Origin: a virus | Length of the DNA: 42,906 nucleotides | Direction: 5' to 3' (one strand) | Virus record (IMG/VR): IMGVR_UViG_3300045988_069513 | Coordinates: 1 to 42,906 of that record | Part shown: piece after piece, positions 9,801 through 16,431 of the stretch | Numbering within the stretch: position 1 is the first letter of the stretch | Layout of the letters: every line of letters starts with the position of its first letter | Notes under the pieces: generated by a model | Seen by the model: only the letters and a program-made list of their open reading frames with translations | Told to the model about the DNA's origin: nothing | The model's database searches: none | Position numbers and translations under genes: made by a program

Positions 9801-12800
9801 GCGCAGGAGAAATTGGAGAAGGTGCTGGCAGAATTCCAGAGCTGGATTTGGAAAGACGAGGCCCGGCGCACGGAATTGGGTGGTCTGTATAACGAGGTTT
9901 TCAACAACACCGTTACGCCGAAGTATGACGGCACGCACCTGACTGTGATCGGCAGCAATCCCGAGAAGCCTATGCGTCCTCACCAGAAGAACGCAGTGCA
10001 GAGAGTTATCAACAGCGGCGGCAACACCCTGCTTGCACACCGCGTTGGCGCAGGTAAGACCTACGAAATGGCGGCGGCAGCCATGAAACTGCGGCAGCTT
10101 GGTATTATCAAGAAGCCTCTGTTTGTGGTGCCGAAGCACCTTGTTGCACAGTGGGACAGCGAGTTCCGCGACTTCTTCCCTGCGGCGAAGATCCTTCCGC
10201 TTGAACACAAGGACTTCACGCCTGCCAACCGCAAACTGTTTGCAAACCGCATTGCCACCGGCGACTATGACGCGGTGATTATGAGCTATGAGCAGTTCGG
10301 CATGGTGCCTATGAGTCAGGAGCACCAGGAGGCGTTCTATCAGGAACAGATCGACGCGCTGGAAATGGCAATCCTTGAAAGCAAGCGTGCCAGCGGCAAG
10401 CGCGACCCGTCCGTGCGGGACATGGAGCGCAGCAAAAAGACCTTTGAAACGAAGCTCAAAAAGCTGGGTGACGGCAAAAAAGACGTTGACAACATCAACT
10501 TTGAGCAGTTGGGCATTGACGCACTGTTTGTGGACGAAGCTCACAACTTCAAAAATCTGTTCTACAATACGAAGATGCAGGGTGTGGCCGACCTTGGCGA
10601 TAAGGACGGCAGTATGCGGGCCTTCGACCTGTATATGAAGGTGCGCTACCTGCAGCGGCTCAACGGCGGGCGTGGCATCGTCTTTGCCACGGCAACACCG
10701 GTTATGAACAGCGTTGTTGAGCTTTACACCATGCAGCGGTATTTGCAAGGCGATCTTCTGGACGCGAAGGGCTTGACCAACTTCGACGCATGGGCGAACC
10801 AGTTTGGCGACGTTGTGACTATCCGCAAGATGAAAACCGGCGGCAACGGGTACGAGCTGAAACAGAGTCTTTCCAAGTACAAGAACCTTAGCGAAATGCA
10901 GCAGATGTTCCGCAGCTTTGCAGACGTTATCACCGACGCAGCAGACCTGCCCTATCTGAAAATCCCGAAGATGAAGGGCGGCAAGCGCATTGTTGTGGAA
11001 TGTGAGCCGAGTGCGTTCCAGGAGCAGTTCATGGAAGAGCTTGGCCAGCGTGCCGAGGCTTTGCGCGGTGCAGGCAAGGGCGGCAGCGAAGATCATATTT
11101 TTAAGGTTTTCGACGACGGTAAGAAGATCAGTTTTACACAGCGCATGATTGACAGCGACCTTCCTTATGAGGACGGCGGCAAGATTATGAAGTGCGCGGA
11201 GAACGTGCTGGAAATCTGGAAGCGCACCAAGGCCAACAAGGGCACGCAGCTTATCTTCTGCGACCGAGGAACCCCAGGCGGCGCAGAAGCGCAACGCGGC
11301 GTTTCTCTGTATGAGGACGTTAAGAACCTGCTCGTGGCGGGTGGGGTGCCCGCAAATCAGGTAGCTTTTATCCACGACGCAGACACCGAAGAGGCAAAGT
11401 CCAAACTGTTCAAGGATGTCAAGGCTGGCAACGTCCGCGTGTTGATCGGCTCCACGGCGAAGATGGGCACCGGCATGAATGTGCAGGATCGCATTGTAGC
11501 TATGCATGAGCTGAACGCTCCCGACCGTCCCGGCGATCTGGAACAGAACGAAGGGCGTGCCTTGCGGCAAGGCAATATGAACGAAGAGGTTGAGGTTTAC
11601 GCCTACGTAACCAAAAAGACCTTTGACAGCCGCCAGTGGGACAACCTGAAACGAAAGGCGACCTTCATTCATCAGATCATGGCCGGCGAGTACAACGGGC
11701 GCGAGGCGGACGGCGACGGCGACCTTGCATTGTCCGCGGCGGAAATTTCCGCGATTGCCTCCGACAACCCGCTTATCATGGAGCAGTTCGAAGTTTCCGA
11801 AAAGATTTCCAATCTGGAAAACCTGGAACGAGCGCATACGAAGGAAGTAGCCGAGGCCAAGCGGCGTATTGCAACCGCCGAAAAAGAGATCGAGAGCGAC
11901 ACGGAGTATCTGGAACGCTACAAGAAAGACCGTGAGAGCCGGCAGGAGACCGCAGGAGACAAGTTCCGTGCTTCCATAGGCGGTAAGACCTTTGCAGAAA
12001 GAAAAGCCGCAGGTGAGGCGCTGATTGCGGCTGCGAAGAGGACGCTTAACCTGAGCGCAGAGGCCGAGACCTACACTGAGGTTGGTAGCTTTGCCGGTTT
12101 CAAGCTGTTCGTTACCAGCAAGGGCGATATGATCCTGCGCGGCAAGGCGCAGTATCGCGGTACGGTCAATATGCAGAGCGCGGTTGGCACGATCCAGGCT
12201 CTGGAAGCAATCCCCAAGAGGATCGACGCCATTATTTCTGCTACCGAGACCCGACTGGCGGAGAATAAGGCGGCAATCACCAAGCTGCGGAAAACCGCTG
12301 CCTCCTCTTTCGACAAGGCGGAGGAGCTGATTGCAGCACGCGTGCGCGAGGCAGAGATCATGGCAGAACTGAACCCCCCGAGCGAGCAGCAGATGGCGGC
12401 GCTTGATGACGGCGACGATGTGGATAACGATGTTTCTTCTGTTGCCGATGCCGAACGGTGGACAGCAAAGCGAGTGGGCGGTAGCGAGAAAGCCCCCAAA
12501 TCGCTGAGCGAGATTGTAGAACAAATCCGGCAGGACTTTGGCGTTCACATCACCACCGGACACGTTCGCGGCAAGGGCACACGAGGACAGTACAACCACC
12601 AGAACCAGGGGATCAGAACCAAGGTCGCAAACAACCTCCCCACGATTGCGCATGAGTTGGGGCACCACCTGACGCAGAAGTACAACCTGCTTTCCGGCCT
12701 AGAGGCTTCCGTCAAGACAGAGTTGGAGGACGCGCTGGGTGAAGGCAAAGAGAACTACCCGGAGAAGAAGTGGCATAGTGAAGGCTTCGCTGAATATCTG

Positions 12801-15800
12801 CGCAAGTTCTTGCAGAACCGGGAGACGGCGGCCATTGACTATCCCGAAGTAACCAAATTGTTCTTGAACGCGCTCTCCGGCAAAGACCGCGCCCAGCTCG
12901 AAGAGTTGGCCGACGAGGTGAACGCCTATTACTCTCTGGACGCGGACACCGCAACTAGCGCTATCAGGCTCCGCGAGGAAGGCGCACCGGATGCACGAAC
13001 CGTTAGCCAGAAGATCCGGGCCAAGATGAGCGCTCTGTATCAGGCGTGGGTGGACAGCAACGAAGGCATAAAGCAATTCGACCGGGCAACCGGGGCAAAC
13101 ACCTACAAGATTGCCTCCAATGCTGCCTATGCAGATGCGATTGCCGGGCAGATCATCACCGGGGACCTGACTGGCACGAATGGACAGTACGTTGGCCCCG
13201 GTCTGAAAACCGCATTGTATGGCCTGGACATGAACAACAAGCAGGAGTACCGGCTGTTTGGCGAATACCTGACCGTGAAGCACGGCCCGGAACGCCTTGC
13301 AGAGGGTATGCGGATCTTCGCGGATGACAGAAAGAACAGTACGGGATGGATGCAGCGCAGGCAGGCAGAGTTGGAAGCCCAATATCCGCAGTTTGCGGAA
13401 ATCTCTGACCGGCTGTATGAGTTCATCACGGCTTTCCACGAGGCATGGGGCGTGGAAACTGGCCTGATCGGAGAGGATACGTTTGAGGAGTGGAAGGTGC
13501 GCTGGCAGCATTACGTTCCCCTAAACCGCGCCGTCGGCGTTGGCAACCGGGGCATTGGTGCGAAGCGCGGCTTTGCGAACCAAACCAGCACCATCAACAA
13601 GGCTCGCGGCAGTGGTTTGGACATTGTGCATCCCGTGGACAACCTGATTAACAACATCGTTAAAATGGTTAGTGCAGGCGTGCGGAACAATGTTATGGCT
13701 ACGATCACCGAGCAGGCGACGCAACTTGGCGCTAACGCAATGTTCCTTGAAAAGGTTCCTATGCCCTTGAAGGTGACGAAGGTGGATATGACTGGAGTAA
13801 AAGACCAGCTCACCGAGATGCTGGAAGGTAGTGACCTGGACGCAAAGAGCAAAGCGAAAGCCGGCGAAGTTGTCAGCAATCTGGACGACATTCTGTTCCA
13901 GTACGGCAGAGGCAAAGCATACGGAGACGTTGTTACCGTTCTAAAGGACGGCAAGCCTGAGTTCTGGAAAATCAACGATCCCCAGCTCCTCAGCTCCATC
14001 ACAAACATGGCACCTAAAACGATGGACGGTATTCTGGACGCTTACGCAGTTGTCAGCCGGTTCATGACTTCGAACATCACCGGGAACAATGTGATCTGGT
14101 CTCTGTTCTCCAACTTCCCCCGCGATATGATGACGTTCTTTACCTACTCCAAGGATAAGAACCCTAAGCGGATGATTAAGGGCGTGAGCGATGCGTTTAT
14201 CAACCGCGCTAAAGGAGACAAGGCTGATCCTCTCTACAAGGAGTTCCTTGCGATGGGCGGCGGCAAGACCAGCGCATACACCGCGGACAGAGATCTTGCC
14301 AAGAGGGCAAGGGAGAAACTTTCTGGCAAGAAAATCAACGCCAACCCCCTTGACTGGATCGCATATGTCAGCGATACGATCGAGAACGGCCCGCGATACG
14401 CTACCTACAAGCTCATGCGTGACCACGGCATGAACCCGCAGGAGGCTTTCTACGAGGCTATGGACATCACGGTTAACTTCCGGCGCGGCGGTAGAATTGC
14501 CCGGGAGTTGAACAAGGTGGTTCCGTTCTTCAATGCGAATGTTCAGGGCCTCGACAAATTCCGGCGCTGGATTACAGCAGAGGGAGTGCCTGCGGAGCAT
14601 CGCAAAAAGGTCATTAAAACCAGAACGACGTACTACGTTGCGGCAAGCGCCGCGCTGGCTGCGATGATCTACGCGCTGAACATGGGCAGCGGTGAAAGAG
14701 AGAAGGAGTATGAGCAGCTCTCCACATATACCAAGAACAGCTTTTGGTGCATCCCGCTTGGCGACGGCAAGTTTTTTGCCATCCCCAAGCCCCGAGAGAT
14801 CGGCGTGCTGAGTTCGTTCTTTGAGTCAACGCTGGAATATGTGATCGGAGAGAACGACCATGCGTTTGACGACTTCTACTCCTACGCAATGGAAAACTGC
14901 CTTCCCTCCATTGCAAACGACATTGCCCAGATCCCCAACAAGGGCCTTGTCGAAACCGGAATGAACATCATAGGCAGTTTTGGCGTTATCGGCGTAATTG
15001 GTTATCTGGGCGCAAACCGCGACTTCCTTGGGCGGCCCATCGTCTCTAGCGGCTTGCAGAACCTTGAACCCAAGGATCAGTACACCGAGCGCACAAGCAA
15101 GATTGCCTATTGGCTTGGGCAGGCGTATGGCGGCAGCCCTCAGCAGATCGACTACTTTTTCCAGCAGGTGCTTGGCGGTTGGTGGAAAGCCCAAAAAGCG
15201 CTGTTCCCCGTTGGCCAAGAAAACGTGGACTATACGCTTGGCGTGCAGAACACCTACGTGAAGGACAACCAGTATTCCACCGACCTTACCAACTGGCTGT
15301 ATGACCGGAAAGACGCAACCAGCAGGGCAAATGCAAGCGACCCGGCCAACATGGAGAAGGCCATCTCTGCGAAGTGGGATAGCAACATGACCGATTTCTA
15401 CGGCTCCTACTACAAGCTGGCGAAGAACAAGGCAGAGACCGTTGCTACACGGTCTACCCGGCAGCTTGTATTGGAGATGATCTTGGAATATCAGAAGGCA
15501 ATCGACACAAACGCCAAAACGGAGACGCAGCGAGCTGTTGAGGAAGTCTGCACGAGCAAGAGCAGCACCGAGTTCCTTCCTTCTGTTATGCCTGTAGAAG
15601 TGACAGACGGTAAGGGCGTGAAGCACGTATTGTCTGATATTCAGTATGTTGAATTCCAAACGGACTATAACCGCCTGTACTGGGAGATCGTAGAGGAGAC
15701 TCTATCCGGCAATGTGAATGAGCGAGCAGAAATTTTGAAGGCCGCTAAACGTGTCGCAAAAGAGGAGGCTGTGGAACGTGTTCTTGCGCGCATCGGGGCG

Positions 15801-16244
15801 CCGAAGTCTGCCTACACAACTACGTATGGCAACGTGTCCGCCGACAACGTGACGGAGTTCTTGGCAAGTGTTTCCGCGGCGGACGATGATGGCAGCGTTA
15901 AACAGGCTGAGGTGATTGACATTATCACGGGAATGGGCCTTAGTGACTCTGATGCATGGACGCTGTATTTCAGCAAGTACGACGGCAAAGCCGCAACTGC
16001 TGCGGAGGAGCACGGCATTCCTGCTGAGTTGTTTATGAACACGAAGCTGGAGCTGGACAACATCAAGCCGGACTACCGCAGCGACGGAACAGTTATCCGC
16101 GACAGCCGGCGCAGGAAGGTGGAATCCTATCTCGCAACTGTCTGCAGCGACTACAAGGAGTACCTGTTCTTCCTCGGGATGGAGTTCAGCTCTGTCAAGG
16201 ACGACGCGGACTACATCGCGTATTTCGGCAGGGAAGATGATTAA
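3897..16244 (+). CDS. Giant polyvalent protein (4115 aa): zincin + N6-adenine methyltransferase + SNF2 helicase + second zincin + C-terminal hydrophobic region (DarB-like core)
   Basis: Uninterrupted ORF with AAAGGAGG 8 nt upstream of ATG 3897. Motifs read directly: HELTH, EPSSGVGRF...GNVPFG, GAGKT, DEAH, ATATPVMNS, QNEGRALRQGN, HELGHH. See the finding on the cryptic internal boundary at 6491-6975. Confidence 0.8.
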   Translation: MARKMSQSSRDKLNAYYDEIGVKRNDREDEGKPSPSSAASNPSTATNSSSGATTSKRKMSQESRDKLNAYYSRVGAAAPTYTPTKEDDKAQTSSSAADTNKTNPFSEVWRGFTDFWWYGRGDAYDAVTKANQIYDTKFEEDKKAVEEYKQKELDKWLVTETEADARVSTEKTKLSTKAADIAALETTLSTMAAEFEQTRDPAKYSAYEVKYNEYEKAIADYEKSVAAYTELWNNVAQEKIAGRKTDDSGWETAGKTLWAGVTGLSDAVGKTLDYVFPTEFLGKYDPFTWMSDQARRENYDAQMALSESLEGRGWVAKTASELGIGLIQMLPDVAATVASGGTNATTYVDDLYRAGSSAVAAANKADNLWDSFKTANAKMFSNPGFYVAAARTLGTDYETAKEAGATDAQATAYALITTYLNAGIEISGGIQALPDALQTGDKSAILDWILSAHEEGLEEVVQRFVSGSMEKAVYDPDKEWFSTTNEDAIIHPETMAKDYGMGTAIGGIAGGGQTVAISVLNRIAQAKTPDVQAQVIDAVRHDPETVNALVQEAKTAGETEITEQVEQKIASGEEVTRQEVVQLVAASGAQVQEETTEAATEPEAQTVPQQEEPATEVKRSESLAEEMTLEGAVENGTVTEAAVDTEGATRNGVAVLTNYAKQAHMGENGLKAIADFYDANENPETAPFYGTFAAYWNAGYNGKAFEEVRATNRGNVSDVVMRAAYNAGQMDAIQGSGKKAVDKTAGQTDNISGKTQKTAKPKTVRTQKSDWSAHDVTWTLPAGSPNKATVVAYSTKATSDTIDVMADENPTATISQLRDLILYDQDAKKVLQQYIDAGYGDQVASEWFSYDRKRGIGKPVTKWVSGVINTEADNKEATEHGKETLGEVSDEGRVLEPDTRGADAGGLLDGVASQNVQENAEGRDAVSDAERGRGTPVGAVVGTDAGAQVPRGRSDGIHQGRSVRTSSGVSEQEVNDDGDVEGNYRKDQASTAGSERTVGEDATGGEEAPAGRIREKSGGTDPDTGLSDEDPHPWATKNAVEPEPGSISAEAKHEAESYDVKCVVVSDDAWDANHPSAQAFSRNGVVYAREHIDEVFRGVVAPHELTHVMKQLGYKPYLDFLDRTSDMLNYEIEDAQALMQHVAEHARIDLFGMDESASQKLYDELNASVYGHIVRGDVEGKSRFGHVDFRDAFNDFDAYATELAEIHRQFKNRNHPGASDTVAQEQIEQISDLANQEEPKGTNFVIGANGAKMPTTPKARYKANADAIKTLRAIMAENRMATPQEQETLSKYTGWGGLSDVFNEKNESWAKEYKQLKKLLDDGEYKTAKGSILDAYYTDPSVIRGMYNGLASLGFTGGRMLEPSSGVGRFIGAMPQEMLGGVKSWTAVELDKITGNIAKYLYPNADVRVQGYETAKIPDGYMDVVIGNVPFGNIPIADKAYPASVTKSIHNYFIAKSLDKLRPGGIAAIITSSGTLDAMGTEARSYFMKQADLIGAIRLPNTAFEGTGTNVVSDILVFKKREPGTAYKGEAFIEVGRKPWTGENQWGGYEINEYFLKHPEMVLGTAAYGKGQYGRNVVTYNPLDSRLSLQKQIEKAFGKIKAKMDYPVQRTQEEIRAEIREASGKVKQGGLVSKGGKLYRNNGGVLEHAAEISEKDAAAVTSILEIRDAARNLLNLQIDDGGEAAITAARSNLNKLYDAFVKKYGSLNLPKNKKLVQNDVDSPFILALEDYNNETRVAKKAAIFSKNTITATKVVTHADTVEEALTVSLNETGTVDIQRIAQLTGQQAAAVEREMLERGLAFKNRNGNLETAETYLSGNVRAKLRDAEALAEGDADYNRNVEALKKVIPADIPAEEIKVRPGATWIPDSIYSAFAGEMLGGAGMTWRSGQRVPAVEVVYNRAVGKFFIEVNDPWLKSRPENTSTWGTSDRPFVGGQNSILEAALNNKMVSVYRTVGDSRVLDKQATAAAQEKLEKVLAEFQSWIWKDEARRTELGGLYNEVFNNTVTPKYDGTHLTVIGSNPEKPMRPHQKNAVQRVINSGGNTLLAHRVGAGKTYEMAAAAMKLRQLGIIKKPLFVVPKHLVAQWDSEFRDFFPAAKILPLEHKDFTPANRKLFANRIATGDYDAVIMSYEQFGMVPMSQEHQEAFYQEQIDALEMAILESKRASGKRDPSVRDMERSKKTFETKLKKLGDGKKDVDNINFEQLGIDALFVDEAHNFKNLFYNTKMQGVADLGDKDGSMRAFDLYMKVRYLQRLNGGRGIVFATATPVMNSVVELYTMQRYLQGDLLDAKGLTNFDAWANQFGDVVTIRKMKTGGNGYELKQSLSKYKNLSEMQQMFRSFADVITDAADLPYLKIPKMKGGKRIVVECEPSAFQEQFMEELGQRAEALRGAGKGGSEDHIFKVFDDGKKISFTQRMIDSDLPYEDGGKIMKCAENVLEIWKRTKANKGTQLIFCDRGTPGGAEAQRGVSLYEDVKNLLVAGGVPANQVAFIHDADTEEAKSKLFKDVKAGNVRVLIGSTAKMGTGMNVQDRIVAMHELNAPDRPGDLEQNEGRALRQGNMNEEVEVYAYVTKKTFDSRQWDNLKRKATFIHQIMAGEYNGREADGDGDLALSAAEISAIASDNPLIMEQFEVSEKISNLENLERAHTKEVAEAKRRIATAEKEIESDTEYLERYKKDRESRQETAGDKFRASIGGKTFAERKAAGEALIAAAKRTLNLSAEAETYTEVGSFAGFKLFVTSKGDMILRGKAQYRGTVNMQSAVGTIQALEAIPKRIDAIISATETRLAENKAAITKLRKTAASSFDKAEELIAARVREAEIMAELNPPSEQQMAALDDGDDVDNDVSSVADAERWTAKRVGGSEKAPKSLSEIVEQIRQDFGVHITTGHVRGKGTRGQYNHQNQGIRTKVANNLPTIAHELGHHLTQKYNLLSGLEASVKTELEDALGEGKENYPEKKWHSEGFAEYLRKFLQNRETAAIDYPEVTKLFLNALSGKDRAQLEELADEVNAYYSLDADTATSAIRLREEGAPDARTVSQKIRAKMSALYQAWVDSNEGIKQFDRATGANTYKIASNAAYADAIAGQIITGDLTGTNGQYVGPGLKTALYGLDMNNKQEYRLFGEYLTVKHGPERLAEGMRIFADDRKNSTGWMQRRQAELEAQYPQFAEISDRLYEFITAFHEAWGVETGLIGEDTFEEWKVRWQHYVPLNRAVGVGNRGIGAKRGFANQTSTINKARGSGLDIVHPVDNLINNIVKMVSAGVRNNVMATITEQATQLGANAMFLEKVPMPLKVTKVDMTGVKDQLTEMLEGSDLDAKSKAKAGEVVSNLDDILFQYGRGKAYGDVVTVLKDGKPEFWKINDPQLLSSITNMAPKTMDGILDAYAVVSRFMTSNITGNNVIWSLFSNFPRDMMTFFTYSKDKNPKRMIKGVSDAFINRAKGDKADPLYKEFLAMGGGKTSAYTADRDLAKRAREKLSGKKINANPLDWIAYVSDTIENGPRYATYKLMRDHGMNPQEAFYEAMDITVNFRRGGRIARELNKVVPFFNANVQGLDKFRRWITAEGVPAEHRKKVIKTRTTYYVAASAALAAMIYALNMGSGEREKEYEQLSTYTKNSFWCIPLGDGKFFAIPKPREIGVLSSFFESTLEYVIGENDHAFDDFYSYAMENCLPSIANDIAQIPNKGLVETGMNIIGSFGVIGVIGYLGANRDFLGRPIVSSGLQNLEPKDQYTERTSKIAYWLGQAYGGSPQQIDYFFQQVLGGWWKAQKALFPVGQENVDYTLGVQNTYVKDNQYSTDLTNWLYDRKDATSRANASDPANMEKAISAKWDSNMTDFYGSYYKLAKNKAETVATRSTRQLVLEMILEYQKAIDTNAKTETQRAVEEVCTSKSSTEFLPSVMPVEVTDGKGVKHVLSDIQYVEFQTDYNRLYWEIVEETLSGNVNERAEILKAAKRVAKEEAVERVLARIGAPKSAYTTTYGNVSADNVTEFLASVSAADDDGSVKQAEVIDIITGMGLSDSDAWTLYFSKYDGKAATAAEEHGIPAELFMNTKLELDNIKPDYRSDGTVIRDSRRRKVESYLATVCSDYKEYLFFLGMEFSSVKDDADYIAYFGREDD
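6535..6804 (+). CDS. Nested +1-frame ORF (89 aa) inside the giant ORF; possibly TnpV-like (recollection only)
   Basis: AAGGAGG at 6519-6525 lies 9 nt before ATG 6535. Third codon positions are mostly G/C and the translation is globular-looking (MAKRPWEKFLTKDEYWSLTREG...). The giant frame over the same bases reads as G/R/D/E/A low complexity. Confidence 0.55.
   Translation: MAKRPWEKFLTKDEYWSLTREGRMQADYWTEWLPKMCKRMQKAGTLYPTLKEEGERLSELLWELMQVHKYPEDGAMEFIKEEVYALPPE
6826..6975 (+). CDS. Second nested +1-frame ORF (49 aa), coiled-coil-like
   Basis: AGGAGG at 6811-6816 lies 9 nt before ATG 6826. Translation MAMSKETIEKTKQALLAAKERWEKMPPEEKKRLQEEYEKNPEERILIPD. The TGA at 6973-6975 forms CTGA with giant-frame codon CTG 6972-6974. 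Confidence 0.45.
   Translation: MAMSKETIEKTKQALLAAKERWEKMPPEEKKRLQEEYEKNPEERILIPD
7203..7217 (+). other. HExxH zincin metallopeptidase motif 1 (HELTH) within the giant ORF
   Basis: Translation VVAPHELTHVMKQLGY in the giant frame. Confidence 0.6.
7758..8460 (+). other. Gamma-class N6-adenine DNA methyltransferase domain (approximate bounds)
   Basis: SAM-binding motif I LEPSSGVGRF at 7977-8006, and a catalytic motif IV variant NVPF (GNVPFG) at 8178-8189 about 60 aa downstream. This is the order typical of gamma-class amino-MTases. Confidence 0.75.
9975..11650 (+). other. SNF2-family helicase/ATPase domain (approximate bounds)
   Basis: Motif I GAGKT at 10047-10061, Ia PLFVVPKHLVAQW, II DEAH at 10533-10544, III ATATPVMNSVVELY, VI QNEGRALRQGN at 11544-11573. 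Confidence 0.85.
12651..12668 (+). other. HExxH zincin motif 2 (HELGHH) within the giant ORF
   Basis: Translation PTIAHELGHHLTQKYN in the giant frame. Confidence 0.55.
14628..15015 (+). other. Two hydrophobic, TM-like segments near the C-terminus of the giant protein
   Basis: YYVAASAALAAMIYAL and IIGSFGVIGVIGYLGA are uncharged hydrophobic runs of 16-17 residues. Confidence 0.45.
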
Positions 16245-16249
16245 AAACG

Positions 16250-16290
16250 AGAGGAGGCTCCCGTGTGGGGCCTCCTCTTTGTTTTTATTT
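16250..16290 (+). terminator. Rho-independent terminator ending the late operon
   Basis: GAGGAGGC(t)CCC - gtgt - GGGGCCTCCTC hairpin (16251-16277) followed by TTTGTTTTTATTTT, 6 nt after the giant ORF stop. Confidence 0.85.
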
Positions 16291-16312
16291 TGCGTGGTTT
16301 TTCGTCTTGTGG

Positions 16313-16341
16313 TTGACATTTATTTCCCGGAATGTTAGAAT
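16313..16341 (+). promoter_or_regulatory. Near-consensus sigma-A/70 promoter reading towards the candidate attP and the integrase 3' end
   Basis: TTGACA (16313-16318), a 17-nt spacer, then TAGAAT (16336-16341). No plus-strand ORF lies downstream. Confidence 0.6.
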
Positions 16342-16375
16342 GTCGGCGCACGCGAGACGTGAGCTGTGGGACTTT

Positions 16376-16425
16376 CCATGTACTAACTGAGTTTGTCCCG
16401 AAGGCTATGCTTAGTTAGGACATGG
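16376..16425. other. Candidate attP: 50-bp imperfect palindrome next to the serine integrase gene
   Basis: CCATGTACTAACTGAG (16376-16391) and CTTAGTTAGGACATGG (16410-16425) are inverted repeats matching 14/16, separated by 18 bp. The site lies 7 bp from the int stop. Size and symmetry fit large-serine-recombinase att sites. Confidence 0.45.
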
Positions 16426-16431
16426 TATGGG

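Noticed and set aside
8913-12668. Very long antisense ORFs opposite the giant gene and the late genes. They are 1251 aa at 8913..12668, 638 aa at 6615..8531, 524 aa at 4962..6536, 762 aa at 31751..34039 and 488 aa at 35113..36579.
   Set aside because: Their translations are Leu/Arg/Val/Gly/Ala-rich with no motifs, no RBS-led starts and poor third-position bias. The sense strands carry clear helicase, methyltransferase, portal and capsid motifs. Antisense frames stay open when the sense gene avoids TTA/CTA/TCA codons, as in this GC-rich genome.
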